From Patescibacteria group bacterium (GTDB lineage: Bacteria; Patescibacteriota; Patescibacteriia; CAIXNZ01): 56,443 bases of DNA. This document shows positions 44,695-53,234 of the stretch, piece by piece. The notes below the pieces were generated by a model. It had not been told where the DNA came from. It saw only the letters and a list, made by a program, of their open reading frames with translations, and ran no database searches. A program made the position numbers and the translations under genes. How positions within the stretch are numbered: the first letter of the stretch is position 1; the number at the start of each line of letters is the position of its first letter. Location: positions 1 through 56,443 of the forward strand of contig JAQTMG010000006.1 of assembly GCA_028714455.1 (NCBI GenBank), written 5' to 3'.

Positions 44695-44943
44695 TAAAAA
44701 ATAGCCGGAGTACGATGACTCCGGCTGGCAGCTTTTTTACGAATTGTCTCTTATGTTTCTCCGCGTCAAGGAACATGTGACCCACTTAAGGGCTCTTCGT
44801 CGCTACTTTGTCCGTGGTCCCGCCTAGTTGGGCAAGAGACCTGACCTCGGGCCGGAAAAAGCTGCCGCAAAAATAGTCCGAATTCTAGTCCCCTTCCCCT
44901 TTTTCGGGACTTCCACAAACTTTCGCAACGTTTCGCGAATGGT
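44695..44943 (-). ncRNA. Unclassified structured RNA, about 250 nt, with its own promoter and terminator
   Basis: Consensus promoter just upstream. 5' hairpin UUCGCGA-AACG-UUGCGAA. 11-bp long-range helix GGCAGCUUUUU/AAAAAGCUGCC (44866..44856 with 44737..44727). Terminator AGCCGGAG-8 nt-CUCCGGCU plus U6. Confidence 0.55.
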
Positions 44944-44946
44944 TGC

Positions 44947-44975
44947 ATCTTAGCACAACTTGAAAAAATTGTCAA
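44947..44975 (-). promoter_or_regulatory. Consensus promoter TTGACA-17-TAAGAT for the unclassified RNA
   Basis: TTGACA at 44975..44970, TAAGAT at 44952..44947, 17-nt spacer. Confidence 0.6.
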
Positions 44976-44977
44976 TA

Positions 44978-45013
44978 GAAAAAGGGCCCTGCACCATTTG
45001 GTGTCAGGGCCCT
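44978..45013 (-). terminator. Intrinsic terminator after the beta-barrel gene
   Basis: AGGGCCCTGACACC..GGTGCAGGGCCCT stem (one bulge) followed by a U-run on the minus strand. Confidence 0.7.
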
Positions 45014-45018
45014 TGAAT

Positions 45019-45618
45019 TTAGAAATTAAAGTTCAAAGTCGCCTTGTAAACATTGGAGTCCTCGGGCAACTCGCCGTAGGGCTCAAAAGCGTAGTAATAG
45101 TTCAGCTTCAAGCTCAGCTTATCATTGAACGGGATAGTCAGACTCGGTCCAATTTGATAGGACCTTGAGCCTTCATCCTCTACGCTCAAATAATGATAGT
45201 TGCGGCTATCCAGGCCAACTCGCATAAATCCGATTGGATAAGACAGGGAGCCGTAGATGAACAGAGCATCAAAACCGGCATAGTAGTAAAAGCTATCAAC
45301 CAATACCCACTTGCCAGATTTGAAGACTGAATCAGCTCCCGCAAACCAACCACGATCTTGCTCATCGGTTTCAAAACCGTAGCCCGCAAATCCATCAATA
45401 CTGAATTGATCGCTGAACTTATAACCCAAGCCCAATGAAGTGTAGGGAGAGTAGCCAGACATCAGGTTGATAAAACACATATTGCCCAGCAGGCTGAAAT
45501 TATTTTCCAGGTTCCTGCTGACGTTAAGCGAGACTCCCATTTGCGGATTGTCTTCAACCGCCTGAGCTTGAAATGAAACCAACATGGCGAGCGCCAAAAA
45601 TACGATTACCTTTTTCAT
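45019..45618 (-). CDS. Outer-membrane-type beta-barrel protein (OMP_b-brl-like), tentative
   Basis: Signal MKKVIVFLALAMLVSFQAQA. Alternating hydrophobic strands rich in Y/F/G. Ends ...YKATLNFNF with terminal Phe. GAAGGAGAACGACA-ATG SD. Confidence 0.6.
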   Translation of the reverse strand: MKKVIVFLALAMLVSFQAQAVEDNPQMGVSLNVSRNLENNFSLLGNMCFINLMSGYSPYTSLGLGYKFSDQFSIDGFAGYGFETDEQDRGWFAGADSVFKSGKWVLVDSFYYYAGFDALFIYGSLSYPIGFMRVGLDSRNYHYLSVEDEGSRSYQIGPSLTIPFNDKLSLKLNYYYAFEPYGELPEDSNVYKATLNFNF

Positions 45619-45688
45619 TGTCGTTCTCCTTCGCCAGGAGAACAGAACTCCTGGTTGTTAAACGGTTAGAGTTAAAAACCCTTGCCGC

Positions 45689-46924
45689 TCAAACAGCCAA
45701 GTAAATAGGGATATGCAAAATTCTATCAGGAAGTTTTTTGGGTTTCAGAGCCAAACCTTTGGGCTTTATAAATTCCCAAAGACCCGGAGAATCTATTTCT
45801 AGATTTTGCGAAATCATAACTGGCAATTCAAGCCAGTTACTGCCCTGGTCACTTGAGAAATCGTTGATTGGCCCATCTCGCACGTTGCAATCGTGCTTAA
45901 CAACCATTTCAATTCTGGCCTGTCCGTCATAAAAGTGGCTGTTCATTTTACTGGAACTCTTGGCCGCCAGAACGATCACTGGCTGCAAAAGTATTCCCAG
46001 AAGCAGCGACAAATAGGCAATAGCCAATGATTTTTTCATCAGACATGGTGAAATCTCAAACTCGCGCAATTCCTTCAGGGTTTTTTCAAATATCTTGATG
46101 GGCTGGCGAGCCTGGCTGCGCAACCATCTCTCCTCACTTTCCGAAAGCTGATAGGCAATGTGTTTATTTTGTAAAAACCTTACCTTCAACTTTAAGTAGC
46201 GGATTGCTTCAGCCGTATCTTCATGAAGGGGGTAGGTCAAGCACCACCTTGGCCAAAATAAAAGCCTTATGACAAAACGCTTGGGACAAATTATCAACTC
46301 GTCTTTTAAGGATAAGTTATTATATCCCTCATCCTCTTTAAAACGAATTAGAAACATCAGCAGCCAAAACAGCATGAGTTTGAGATAAATAATAGTCAAC
46401 CAACTTATGGCTGCCGTCATAGCTGTTTCAAAATTGAGAATCGTCCTATCAGGATTGTAAATACCATTTCTTTTACCTGCGCGCTCTTGCACCCTCGCGA
46501 TAAAGTCGTCTTTATTCTTATCACCGTAGTTTATTCCGCCGCGTAATAGCAGAAGATTTTGGAGCGGACCATTCTGTGGCGCAGTTAGCCATATGTGATA
46601 TTTGTCTTCAAGATTCATGAGGTTTTCATAGCCACGAAAGTAATCAGTAATAGTAAAGTCTTTTTTTCTTCCCGCTGCTTTTATAATTTCATTGCTTTCT
46701 TCCACGGCTTTTTGCTTACGAATCGCCCAGTCCTCAAATTTGGGACCAGAATATTCTGGCGGCCGATCAAAACTATCGAGCGTGCCAACGTAGCTTGGCC
46801 TGTCAATTTCTTCGCGGATATAAATATAGATATTCAGTCCGCCTAACCAGATAAAAAAGCTTATGGCCAAAAGAATCTTAGGAATCAAGCCATAGTTTCT
46901 CAACCATTTCTGCATATCTTTCAT
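45689..46924 (-). CDS. Hypothetical membrane protein (about 4 TM)
   Basis: 411 aa. ACGGAGGAAGAA-ATG SD. No family recognised. Confidence 0.6.
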   Translation of the reverse strand: MKDMQKWLRNYGLIPKILLAISFFIWLGGLNIYIYIREEIDRPSYVGTLDSFDRPPEYSGPKFEDWAIRKQKAVEESNEIIKAAGRKKDFTITDYFRGYENLMNLEDKYHIWLTAPQNGPLQNLLLLRGGINYGDKNKDDFIARVQERAGKRNGIYNPDRTILNFETAMTAAISWLTIIYLKLMLFWLLMFLIRFKEDEGYNNLSLKDELIICPKRFVIRLLFWPRWCLTYPLHEDTAEAIRYLKLKVRFLQNKHIAYQLSESEERWLRSQARQPIKIFEKTLKELREFEISPCLMKKSLAIAYLSLLLGILLQPVIVLAAKSSSKMNSHFYDGQARIEMVVKHDCNVRDGPINDFSSDQGSNWLELPVMISQNLEIDSPGLWEFIKPKGLALKPKKLPDRILHIPIYLAV

Positions 46925-46983
46925 TTCTTCCTCCGTTTATTTAGGGTTAAATTTAGTATCCCATTTTCAAGGTTCGATTCTCT

Positions 46984-47012
46984 ATTTTAGTACAAATTAT
47001 ACATTTTGTCAA
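46984..47012 (-). promoter_or_regulatory. Consensus promoter TTGACA-17-TAAAAT
   Basis: TTGACA at 47012..47007, TAAAAT at 46989..46984. Confidence 0.55.
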
Positions 47013-47057
47013 ATATAAAAGGACGAAGATTTCTCCTCGCCCTTACCCTATTTTAAT

Positions 47058-48002
47058 TTATAAAGTTGTTATTGGTCTTGATTGAACTATATAAAATTTA
47101 TTTTGGGCAAATCCCCACTCAATGTCGCAGGGAAAACCATAGTGTTTTTCGATATTAATGCAAATCTTGACCAGCTCAATTATCTGCTCATTGTTTAATT
47201 TTTGTTTTTCCCTCAAATCTTTTTCAACTAAAATCCAATGATTACCGCCATCGGGATTTCGTAAAATTTTCTTTTCTTGTTCTGTAATATTTATATCAAT
47301 TATTTTAAAATCGTCTTTGTGAATCACGTAAGAATCCGGCGTTATCTGGCCAGAAACAATGGCTTCGCCCAAACCATAACCTGCCTCAATAATCATTTGG
47401 TTTTTATCTTTTGTCACCGGGTGAACAGTAAAACAAATGCCTGAAACTTCAGATTGAATCATGGCCTGCACCACGACCGCCACTGAAACCTTTGTTTTTC
47501 TCATACCCTTTTCCATGCGGTAAACAATTGCCCGCGGAGTAAACAAAGAAGCCCAGCACTTTTTAATATTGCCCAATAAATGATCTTTGTCTGTATTTAA
47601 AAAGCTTTCCAATTCCCCTGCCCAGGATGCAGTTGAAGAATCCTCGGCTGTCGCTGATGAGCGCACTGCTACATATTCAATACCTAATTTTTCAAATTCA
47701 GAAAGAATTTCTTTTTCCAAATCTTTGGGAAATTTAGCATCATGAATCAAGTCGGCAATTGTTTTTGAGGCCTCTTCAGCCGAAGCTACGTCTTCATAAT
47801 TTACTTTATTTAACTGGGCCTCAATCTCTTGCGTTAAATCAGTTTCAGCCAAAAATTGGTCAAAAGTTTTTGCGGTTATGACAAAACCCGGCGGTACTGG
47901 AATACCAGCTTGTGTCATTTCACCTAATGAAGCGCCTTTGCCACCAGCCAAATGAATATCATTCTTACTTAATTCTGTAAAATTTTTAATAAAGTCAGAC
48001 AT
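47058..48002 (-). CDS. PEP/pyruvate-binding (PPDK_N, ATP-grasp) domain protein
   Basis: 314 aa. LAGGKGASLGEMTQAGIPVPPGFVI signature of the PpsA/PPDK/rifampicin-phosphotransferase nucleotide-binding domain. Confidence 0.85.
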   Translation of the reverse strand: MSDFIKNFTELSKNDIHLAGGKGASLGEMTQAGIPVPPGFVITAKTFDQFLAETDLTQEIEAQLNKVNYEDVASAEEASKTIADLIHDAKFPKDLEKEILSEFEKLGIEYVAVRSSATAEDSSTASWAGELESFLNTDKDHLLGNIKKCWASLFTPRAIVYRMEKGMRKTKVSVAVVVQAMIQSEVSGICFTVHPVTKDKNQMIIEAGYGLGEAIVSGQITPDSYVIHKDDFKIIDINITEQEKKILRNPDGGNHWILVEKDLREKQKLNNEQIIELVKICINIEKHYGFPCDIEWGFAQNKFYIVQSRPITTL

Positions 48003-48006
48003 AAAT

Positions 48007-49143
48007 TTATTTGTTTAAAATTTTTACTACACCATTATCCGCATCCACTTCAACCAAATCTCCGTCTTTTAAAACTTTAGTAGCAATTTTGGTACCGATT
48101 ATACAAGGAATACCTAATTCCCTAGAAACAATGGCAGCATGGCAAGTAATACCGCCTTCATCGGTTACAAATCCAAGAGCATTTTTTACATAAGGCACAA
48201 GTTTCGGCGTGGTCATCGGAGTCACAAGAATATATTGTTTTTCGCGGTTTAATGACTTTATCTTTTCTTTATTATAATAATCTTCTGCCCTTAAAATTAT
48301 TACCCTACCTATCGCCTGGCCCTTGTTACCCACTTTACCCTCAATAATACTTTCGCGCTTGGCCTTGACAGTGTTTGGTTCTTCAGCTCCTTGAGACCTT
48401 AAAAAATTAATAACTTCCATAGCATCATTACCGAATAAAACAGTCTTTTGCCCTTCGATAAAAATAAAAGCGATTGGCCTCTCAACCAGATACCTGAATT
48501 CATCTATCTCGTTTTTTTCTAGTAATTCAAAAATTTCAGACGTTGTCGCTCTCTCAATTATTTCACGAGGAAAGCTAAATTTATCTATTAATAAATGAAA
48601 AACCTTATCATAAGCCTTGAAAAGATAATTAGTGACAAAGTCATCCAGCCGCAATCTTGTTTCTTGAAGATTAATAATTATTTTCTCATCACTGATATTA
48701 AAAAGTTCATCGGTAAAAAAGATATAGCGGTAGTACATGGCACTCGAAATTTCATTTATCTTGTTTATGGCATTTCGAAGTTCAGACACGGAGAATGTGT
48801 CGTCGCTACTTTTACACACACCGCTCAAATATTCTCTCGATTTCGCCTGATATTCATCTGCGTCTTTACTAATTTGACTGATTAGCACTGGATCGGTAAC
48901 GATAACTTTTGATGTGAGATCAAGCCAGCCCTCGTAATTTTTCTCAAGAAAGATAACCCCAACCGGTGCATACTTAATGCCAAGTTTTTCCGCATAAACA
49001 TTTTTTTCATAGCCGGCGCCCATCGCTTCAAAATATAAAACTGGTATTTTGGGAAATTCAACAATACGCTCAAGCGGCTTTCTCTTCTTTAAAAACGCGA
49101 CTATGTTATTTGTATCTTCTGTAATTGTACTATCGCTAGACAT
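48007..49143 (-). CDS. Unknown N-terminal domain plus PEP-utilising-enzyme mobile (swivel His) domain
   Basis: 378 aa. C-terminal GFVTDEGGITCHAAIVSRELGIPCIIGT with the catalytic His. Confidence 0.8.
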   Translation of the reverse strand: MSSDSTITEDTNNIVAFLKKRKPLERIVEFPKIPVLYFEAMGAGYEKNVYAEKLGIKYAPVGVIFLEKNYEGWLDLTSKVIVTDPVLISQISKDADEYQAKSREYLSGVCKSSDDTFSVSELRNAINKINEISSAMYYRYIFFTDELFNISDEKIIINLQETRLRLDDFVTNYLFKAYDKVFHLLIDKFSFPREIIERATTSEIFELLEKNEIDEFRYLVERPIAFIFIEGQKTVLFGNDAMEVINFLRSQGAEEPNTVKAKRESIIEGKVGNKGQAIGRVIILRAEDYYNKEKIKSLNREKQYILVTPMTTPKLVPYVKNALGFVTDEGGITCHAAIVSRELGIPCIIGTKIATKVLKDGDLVEVDADNGVVKILNK

Positions 49144-49228
49144 AGTTTGAATTAAAAATCCCGTAAATTATTTTCTTCTCTCTTTTCAAATTGTAGTACA
49201 ATCTTTGGGTCTTAGCAATATCTTTAAT

Positions 49229-49266
49229 TAAAAAACTCCTTGCCGAAAGACAAGGAATTTTTTATA
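49229..49266. terminator. Hairpin terminator
   Basis: TCCTTG..CAAGGA stem flanked by A5 and T6. Confidence 0.6.
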
Positions 49267-49270
49267 AAAA

Positions 49271-49564
49271 CTATTTTTTCTTTTTGGCGGTTTTTTCTAC
49301 TTTTCTCTCTTTAAAAAACTCAACCATGCTGGTGACACTCTCCACAAACAATTTCATATAGCTGGAAGTGTGCTCTAATTTTTCCTTAAGGGTAAGTAAA
49401 ACCGTTTCCACAAGTTCAATCTTTTTGCGCACATCCGAAGCCAACTTTTTAAACTCCCGCAAAATCATGGCCACGTAATAAATCGCCCAGCTGGTAAAAA
49501 TTGTCAGCCACAAAATGCAGAAGGCGATGACGATGTACAAGATGTCTTTTGTCGAACTAATCAT
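49271..49564 (-). CDS. Small membrane-anchored coiled-coil protein, hypothetical
   Basis: 97 aa, one or two N-terminal TM. Confidence 0.5.
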   Translation of the reverse strand: MISSTKDILYIVIAFCILWLTIFTSWAIYYVAMILREFKKLASDVRKKIELVETVLLTLKEKLEHTSSYMKLFVESVTSMVEFFKERKVEKTAKKKK

Positions 49565-49642
49565 ATTTTTAATAAATTAAGAAATAAGAGAGACGAAAAT
49601 TAAGCCACTTATTAGTTTAATTCCTTAATATTATTATAGCAC

Positions 49643-49676
49643 AAAAAAAGAAAAGCTCCGATTTTGTCGGAGCTCT
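49643..49676 (-). terminator. Intrinsic terminator
   Basis: AGCTCCGA-5 nt-TCGGAGCT followed by a U-run on the minus strand. Confidence 0.65.
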
Positions 49677-49688
49677 TCTCTTATTATT

Positions 49689-51827
49689 TTACTTATTGAT
49701 TATTACATAGGGCGTGAGATTTTCGAATGGTACGTTCCAGATCGTAAGACCTCTATATTTTTCCCACAATTCTTTGAGTGTTTTGATGTGCCATAATGAC
49801 ATGTTCTTGCGGACGACAAAAATCTTGAAATCAGGAGTTCGGATTAGAGAACCAATCTCCCAGATCTTAACACCCAACACCTGGCCACCGGAAATCTGGC
49901 TCTCTTCGTTAATCGAGCCTTGATTCTCGATTGGCGGAACTGGCGTCACGGTGCAAGTTTGTTCGGTAGCGGCCGACTGGCTATCGGTTAATTGACAGCT
50001 GTCGGGCGTCTGGCTCAAAATAAGTCTAGTTTGTCTGCCAGCGCTACAACTAGTCCAATCGCCATAACTCACTGACTCGCACCAGATGGTGCTGCTGCCT
50101 CCGCCACCGGAGCCGCCGTAGTTTACTGATTCATTGTAAATCGTAAAACTGGAACCGCTGGTGATATTGGCTCCAATATCATTGGCGTCGTTAGAAAGTA
50201 TAATGGAAACCTTGGCCAGGGCAACATTGGAAGCGGGTACGGCAAAATCATATGAGTAACCATCCCTACTGTTTTGCATCTCGGCATTGACTAAGAGGCC
50301 ATTATCTATCGAGAGATAAATTTTATAGTGAATCGGAACCGTTTTAGAAAACTTGGCTACGATTTTCAGCGTATCGTTTTTATCCACAACCGCGCTGCCA
50401 GAAAAAGTTGAACCGCCATCCTTGGAATAAGTAACGTCAGCAGTCGGATTGCAATTGCCTCTTTCCTCGTCGGAAACGGCTGGATTTTGGGCGTGTCTAG
50501 CGATTAAGCTTTTTATCATGGTAATATCGGAACTGCTGATATCACCGTTACCATCCAGATCAGCGCTCAAATCGGGCGGACCTACCTTTAACACCATGAC
50601 TGCGCCGGCATTGGCATCATTGGCATCTATCCGATTATCGCCCGTAAGATCGCCAAAGGTGCAGATGGTACTCGGATTGACGGTTATGGAAATAGTAGCT
50701 GGTTCACTCCAGGCGTTATTGTTATCCTGCACGCGGAAAGTAAAACTATCGGCACCCACGTAACCAGAACTCGGTAAATAAATGACAGTGGCATAGGTGC
50801 TGTATTGTGAGTAGTTGAAATTCGTCAACGAACCATGCATGGGCTGATCTACGATTTCAAAGTTATTGATATTAAATGGCCAGATTTCGTTGCCTCGTTT
50901 ATTTTTATTTTGATCGGCATCAGCGCCTTTCAGAGTTATTTTTATGCCCGTGTTTCTCTTTACATTGACCGATTGAGCAGCCGCGACCGGAGCGTTATTT
51001 GGATCTTTCGGAGCCACGATAACAGTTCTTGACGCTGTGGTTGTCTGATTTGCCGAATCAGTCGAATAGTAATCAACCGTGTAAGTACCGGCGACATGAG
51101 TCCAGACATTATTTTCAGTGATCATCTGTAAGGTGATGTCTCCATCCAAATCATCGATGGCAGTGGCACCGGCGTCCGTATATAAATCATCAACTGTCAA
51201 ATTAACAGTGGCTGAACCATTTAACGTTATTACGGGTGGCAAATCCAGCGCTACGACCTTAACTAATTCCTCGAATATCGGCGGCAATTCAGTGATTACC
51301 GGCTCTTCATTGGTTACGGTTTGGTCGCCATTAGCATCAGTGGCTGGCGAATCATTATTACTATCGGCAGAATTTAAATCAGCGTCAGAACTGGCTGGCG
51401 TATCAGTGTTCTCCGAACCATTAGGCACAATCGTATTTTCTGGTTGCGAATTGTTTTCTGAATCAGCAACAGCCTCGCTTGAGCCGTTAGTATTTTCTGA
51501 AGTATTTTCTGATTGAGCTTCGCTTCCTGACTCAACGGCAGGAGCGGCTGTTTCGTCTCCCGAGGTGGCAGCCGAATCCGATGAATTTGCGGCCGAATCA
51601 GCCGTTGAATCAGCGGTTCCGGCATCACCGGCGCTCACGCTTGATTCACTGCTTGATTCACCGTTCGAAGCTGATGTCTGCGTCGAAGCAGAATCAGCCG
51701 ATTGATCGTCGGCCAAAACAGCGTAAACAGAGCAAAAATTAACAACAAAAATAGCCGCCATAAAAATATAAGCGACCTTTCTACGTAAAGCCTTCTGTTT
51801 AAGGCTATTTTTTGAATTTTTTTTCAT
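49689..51827 (-). CDS. Large surface protein: low-complexity Ser/Ala/Asp region, Ig-like (DUF5011-type) domains, dockerin-like repeats, TSP1-like Cys motif
   Basis: 712 aa. ITLNGSATVNLTVDDLYTDAGATAIDDLDGDIT. Dockerin pair GDLTGDNRIDANDA / DLDGNGDISSSDI. YGDWTSCSAGRQTR. Confidence 0.75.
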   Translation of the reverse strand: MKKNSKNSLKQKALRRKVAYIFMAAIFVVNFCSVYAVLADDQSADSASTQTSASNGESSSESSVSAGDAGTADSTADSAANSSDSAATSGDETAAPAVESGSEAQSENTSENTNGSSEAVADSENNSQPENTIVPNGSENTDTPASSDADLNSADSNNDSPATDANGDQTVTNEEPVITELPPIFEELVKVVALDLPPVITLNGSATVNLTVDDLYTDAGATAIDDLDGDITLQMITENNVWTHVAGTYTVDYYSTDSANQTTTASRTVIVAPKDPNNAPVAAAQSVNVKRNTGIKITLKGADADQNKNKRGNEIWPFNINNFEIVDQPMHGSLTNFNYSQYSTYATVIYLPSSGYVGADSFTFRVQDNNNAWSEPATISITVNPSTICTFGDLTGDNRIDANDANAGAVMVLKVGPPDLSADLDGNGDISSSDITMIKSLIARHAQNPAVSDEERGNCNPTADVTYSKDGGSTFSGSAVVDKNDTLKIVAKFSKTVPIHYKIYLSIDNGLLVNAEMQNSRDGYSYDFAVPASNVALAKVSIILSNDANDIGANITSGSSFTIYNESVNYGGSGGGGSSTIWCESVSYGDWTSCSAGRQTRLILSQTPDSCQLTDSQSAATEQTCTVTPVPPIENQGSINEESQISGGQVLGVKIWEIGSLIRTPDFKIFVVRKNMSLWHIKTLKELWEKYRGLTIWNVPFENLTPYVIINK

Positions 51828-51874
51828 AAAGTTCTATGAGTGATTTAAAATATCTTATTTATATGTATTCTACT

Positions 51875-51903
51875 ATATTAGCCTATTTTTATAATTTTGT
51901 CAA
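51875..51903 (-). promoter_or_regulatory. Consensus promoter TTGACA-17-TAATAT
   Basis: TTGACA at 51903..51898, TAATAT at 51880..51875. Confidence 0.55.
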
Positions 51904-51915
51904 GAGTCCGGCCGA

Positions 51916-53154
51916 TTAGAACAAAATCAAGATCGTCAGCAAGGCAATAAAGGCCAGGGACGGAACAATGACTTTGTATTGCCGTTTTTCAAAATTGACA
52001 AGTATATTCAAAAGTAAAGCGAAGATTACCAGCGCCAGCAGTATCTTGTAGTAAGCCATGCTGATGCTAAACAACCAGCCCAGATAATTATTATTGTGAA
52101 TCTGCTTGGCAAAAAAGTATTGATCGAGCAAGGAAGACTTGACCGGTTTAATGTTCTGCCATTTCAGATCAAAAGTCTCAACGGCGCCGGACGCGTCCGA
52201 GATGGTCAAAGTCGGCAAGACAACGGGATTAAAAATCTGTTCTTCGGCCTGCTGGAAAATAATCAAACTGCCGCTCCATAAGCCAGGAGTAGATTCGTCG
52301 GGCACCAGATTAATAAAGTAACTGCCAAAATTGACCTCGGCTTTAGTCACGTTATCGCTCGTGTAGACAACGGCCCTAACTATCTTTTGAGTCTTACCCT
52401 CTGGTTCATCGACCCAGACCTGCGTTTTCGAGAGATCAACTTCCAACGGCTTAGCGGCTACAACTTTTTCGCCCAACACTTTGTTATTGGCGTTTTGCTT
52501 CGACGTCTCCTTGCGTCCGTTGTTTTGAGTTGGAGAAGAAGTCTTGACTGCGACCTTTGAAGTCGCGCCAAAAAATTGAGCGACAAAAGTAGTGTTAAAA
52601 TTTTTATAATCGCCCGAAACCATGCCCACGCCGATTTCCGAAAAATCCGGATCGATTATGTTGGCGTAGTGCGTCTTGCTTCTGGTCCAGGCGTTAACGA
52701 CGTCGTCAGCTCCGCTAAAACCCATGGCCAGATTTTCGCCGGCGGTGGCATATTTATAATTAATTTGTTTCAAAAAATAATCGAGACCAAGTCCCTGCGG
52801 ACTGATGTGGGCAAAATACTGCGCGACTAGCATGTCCTGCGCCTTGGCTAAAGCCGCTTCGTCTAGCAATTTATTCTCCGTCAGTAATTTTATACCGGCG
52901 TTTTTTCTAACCTCGTTGGTCAGGACAATGATTTTCTTGCTCTGCTCGCTCGAAACGTCCGGCGTCAGATAAGCGCTGACCGGAATCAGAACAACGCCGA
53001 TCAAAAGAAGCGCCTTAAGAGCAATGGCGCTCACGGAATGAAAAAGTAATCTTTTGTGCTTTAAGATGTGAGGATGATAGTTGTTGCCCTCGTGCGAAAC
53101 AAAAAGATTCTTTAAACGCCCGTATATCTTTTTATCATTTTTTGCCTTGGTCAT
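51916..53154 (-). CDS. Membrane-anchored CAP/SCP (YkwD-like) domain protein
   Basis: CAP motifs YFAHISPQG, GENLAMGF, AWTRSKTHYANIIDPDFSEIGVG. Start set at MTKAKNDKK because the earlier ATG overlaps the -10 box. Confidence 0.7.
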   Translation of the reverse strand: MTKAKNDKKIYGRLKNLFVSHEGNNYHPHILKHKRLLFHSVSAIALKALLLIGVVLIPVSAYLTPDVSSEQSKKIIVLTNEVRKNAGIKLLTENKLLDEAALAKAQDMLVAQYFAHISPQGLGLDYFLKQINYKYATAGENLAMGFSGADDVVNAWTRSKTHYANIIDPDFSEIGVGMVSGDYKNFNTTFVAQFFGATSKVAVKTSSPTQNNGRKETSKQNANNKVLGEKVVAAKPLEVDLSKTQVWVDEPEGKTQKIVRAVVYTSDNVTKAEVNFGSYFINLVPDESTPGLWSGSLIIFQQAEEQIFNPVVLPTLTISDASGAVETFDLKWQNIKPVKSSLLDQYFFAKQIHNNNYLGWLFSISMAYYKILLALVIFALLLNILVNFEKRQYKVIVPSLAFIALLTILILF

Positions 53155-53173
53155 AGATGAATATTTATTACTC

Positions 53174-53202
53174 ATTATAACAAAAAAGAGTATAAAAGTC
53201 AA
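53174..53202 (-). promoter_or_regulatory. Consensus promoter TTGACT-17-TATAAT
   Basis: TTGACT at 53202..53197, TATAAT at 53179..53174. Confidence 0.55.
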
Positions 53203-53234
53203 CCCCCTTAAAATACTCTCTTTATCGCGAATCT

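Noticed and set aside
44695-44800. 27-codon ORF inside the unclassified RNA (MFLDAEKHKRQFVKKLPAGVIVLRLFFI), considered as a type I toxin-like peptide.
   Set aside because: It has no convincing Shine-Dalgarno. The ORF runs through the terminator hairpin, and its hydrophobic tail is just the translated stem plus U-run. I cannot support it from sequence alone.
44500-44943. tmRNA. The minus strand has GGGGACUAGAAUUCGGAC resembling a tmRNA 5' end, and the plus strand has AAAAAGCUGCCGCAAAAAUAGUC resembling the E. coli ssrA pre-tag region.
   Set aside because: There is no T-arm (GGUUCGAnUCC) and no 3' acceptor strand complementary to the GGGG end with ACCA. No plausible tag ORF ends in a hydrophobic A-rich tail. 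The terminator-bounded transcript, at about 250 nt, is too short.
44695-44943. SRP RNA or RNase P RNA, suggested by GGUCAGGUC, GGACAAAGUAGC and GGAAGUCC fragments.
   Set aside because: The helix-8 GNRA-capped hairpin with GGAAGCAGC is absent. The RNase P P4 3' strand (ACAGAAnCCGGCUUA) and the CR-II/III elements are absent. The resemblance is limited to short words.
44766-44975. 69-aa minus-strand ORF covering the unclassified RNA locus.
   Set aside because: Its start codon lies upstream of the predicted -10 box, so it would not be on the transcript. It has no ribosome-binding site and an Arg/Gly/Ser-rich composition typical of a chance frame in GC-rich DNA.
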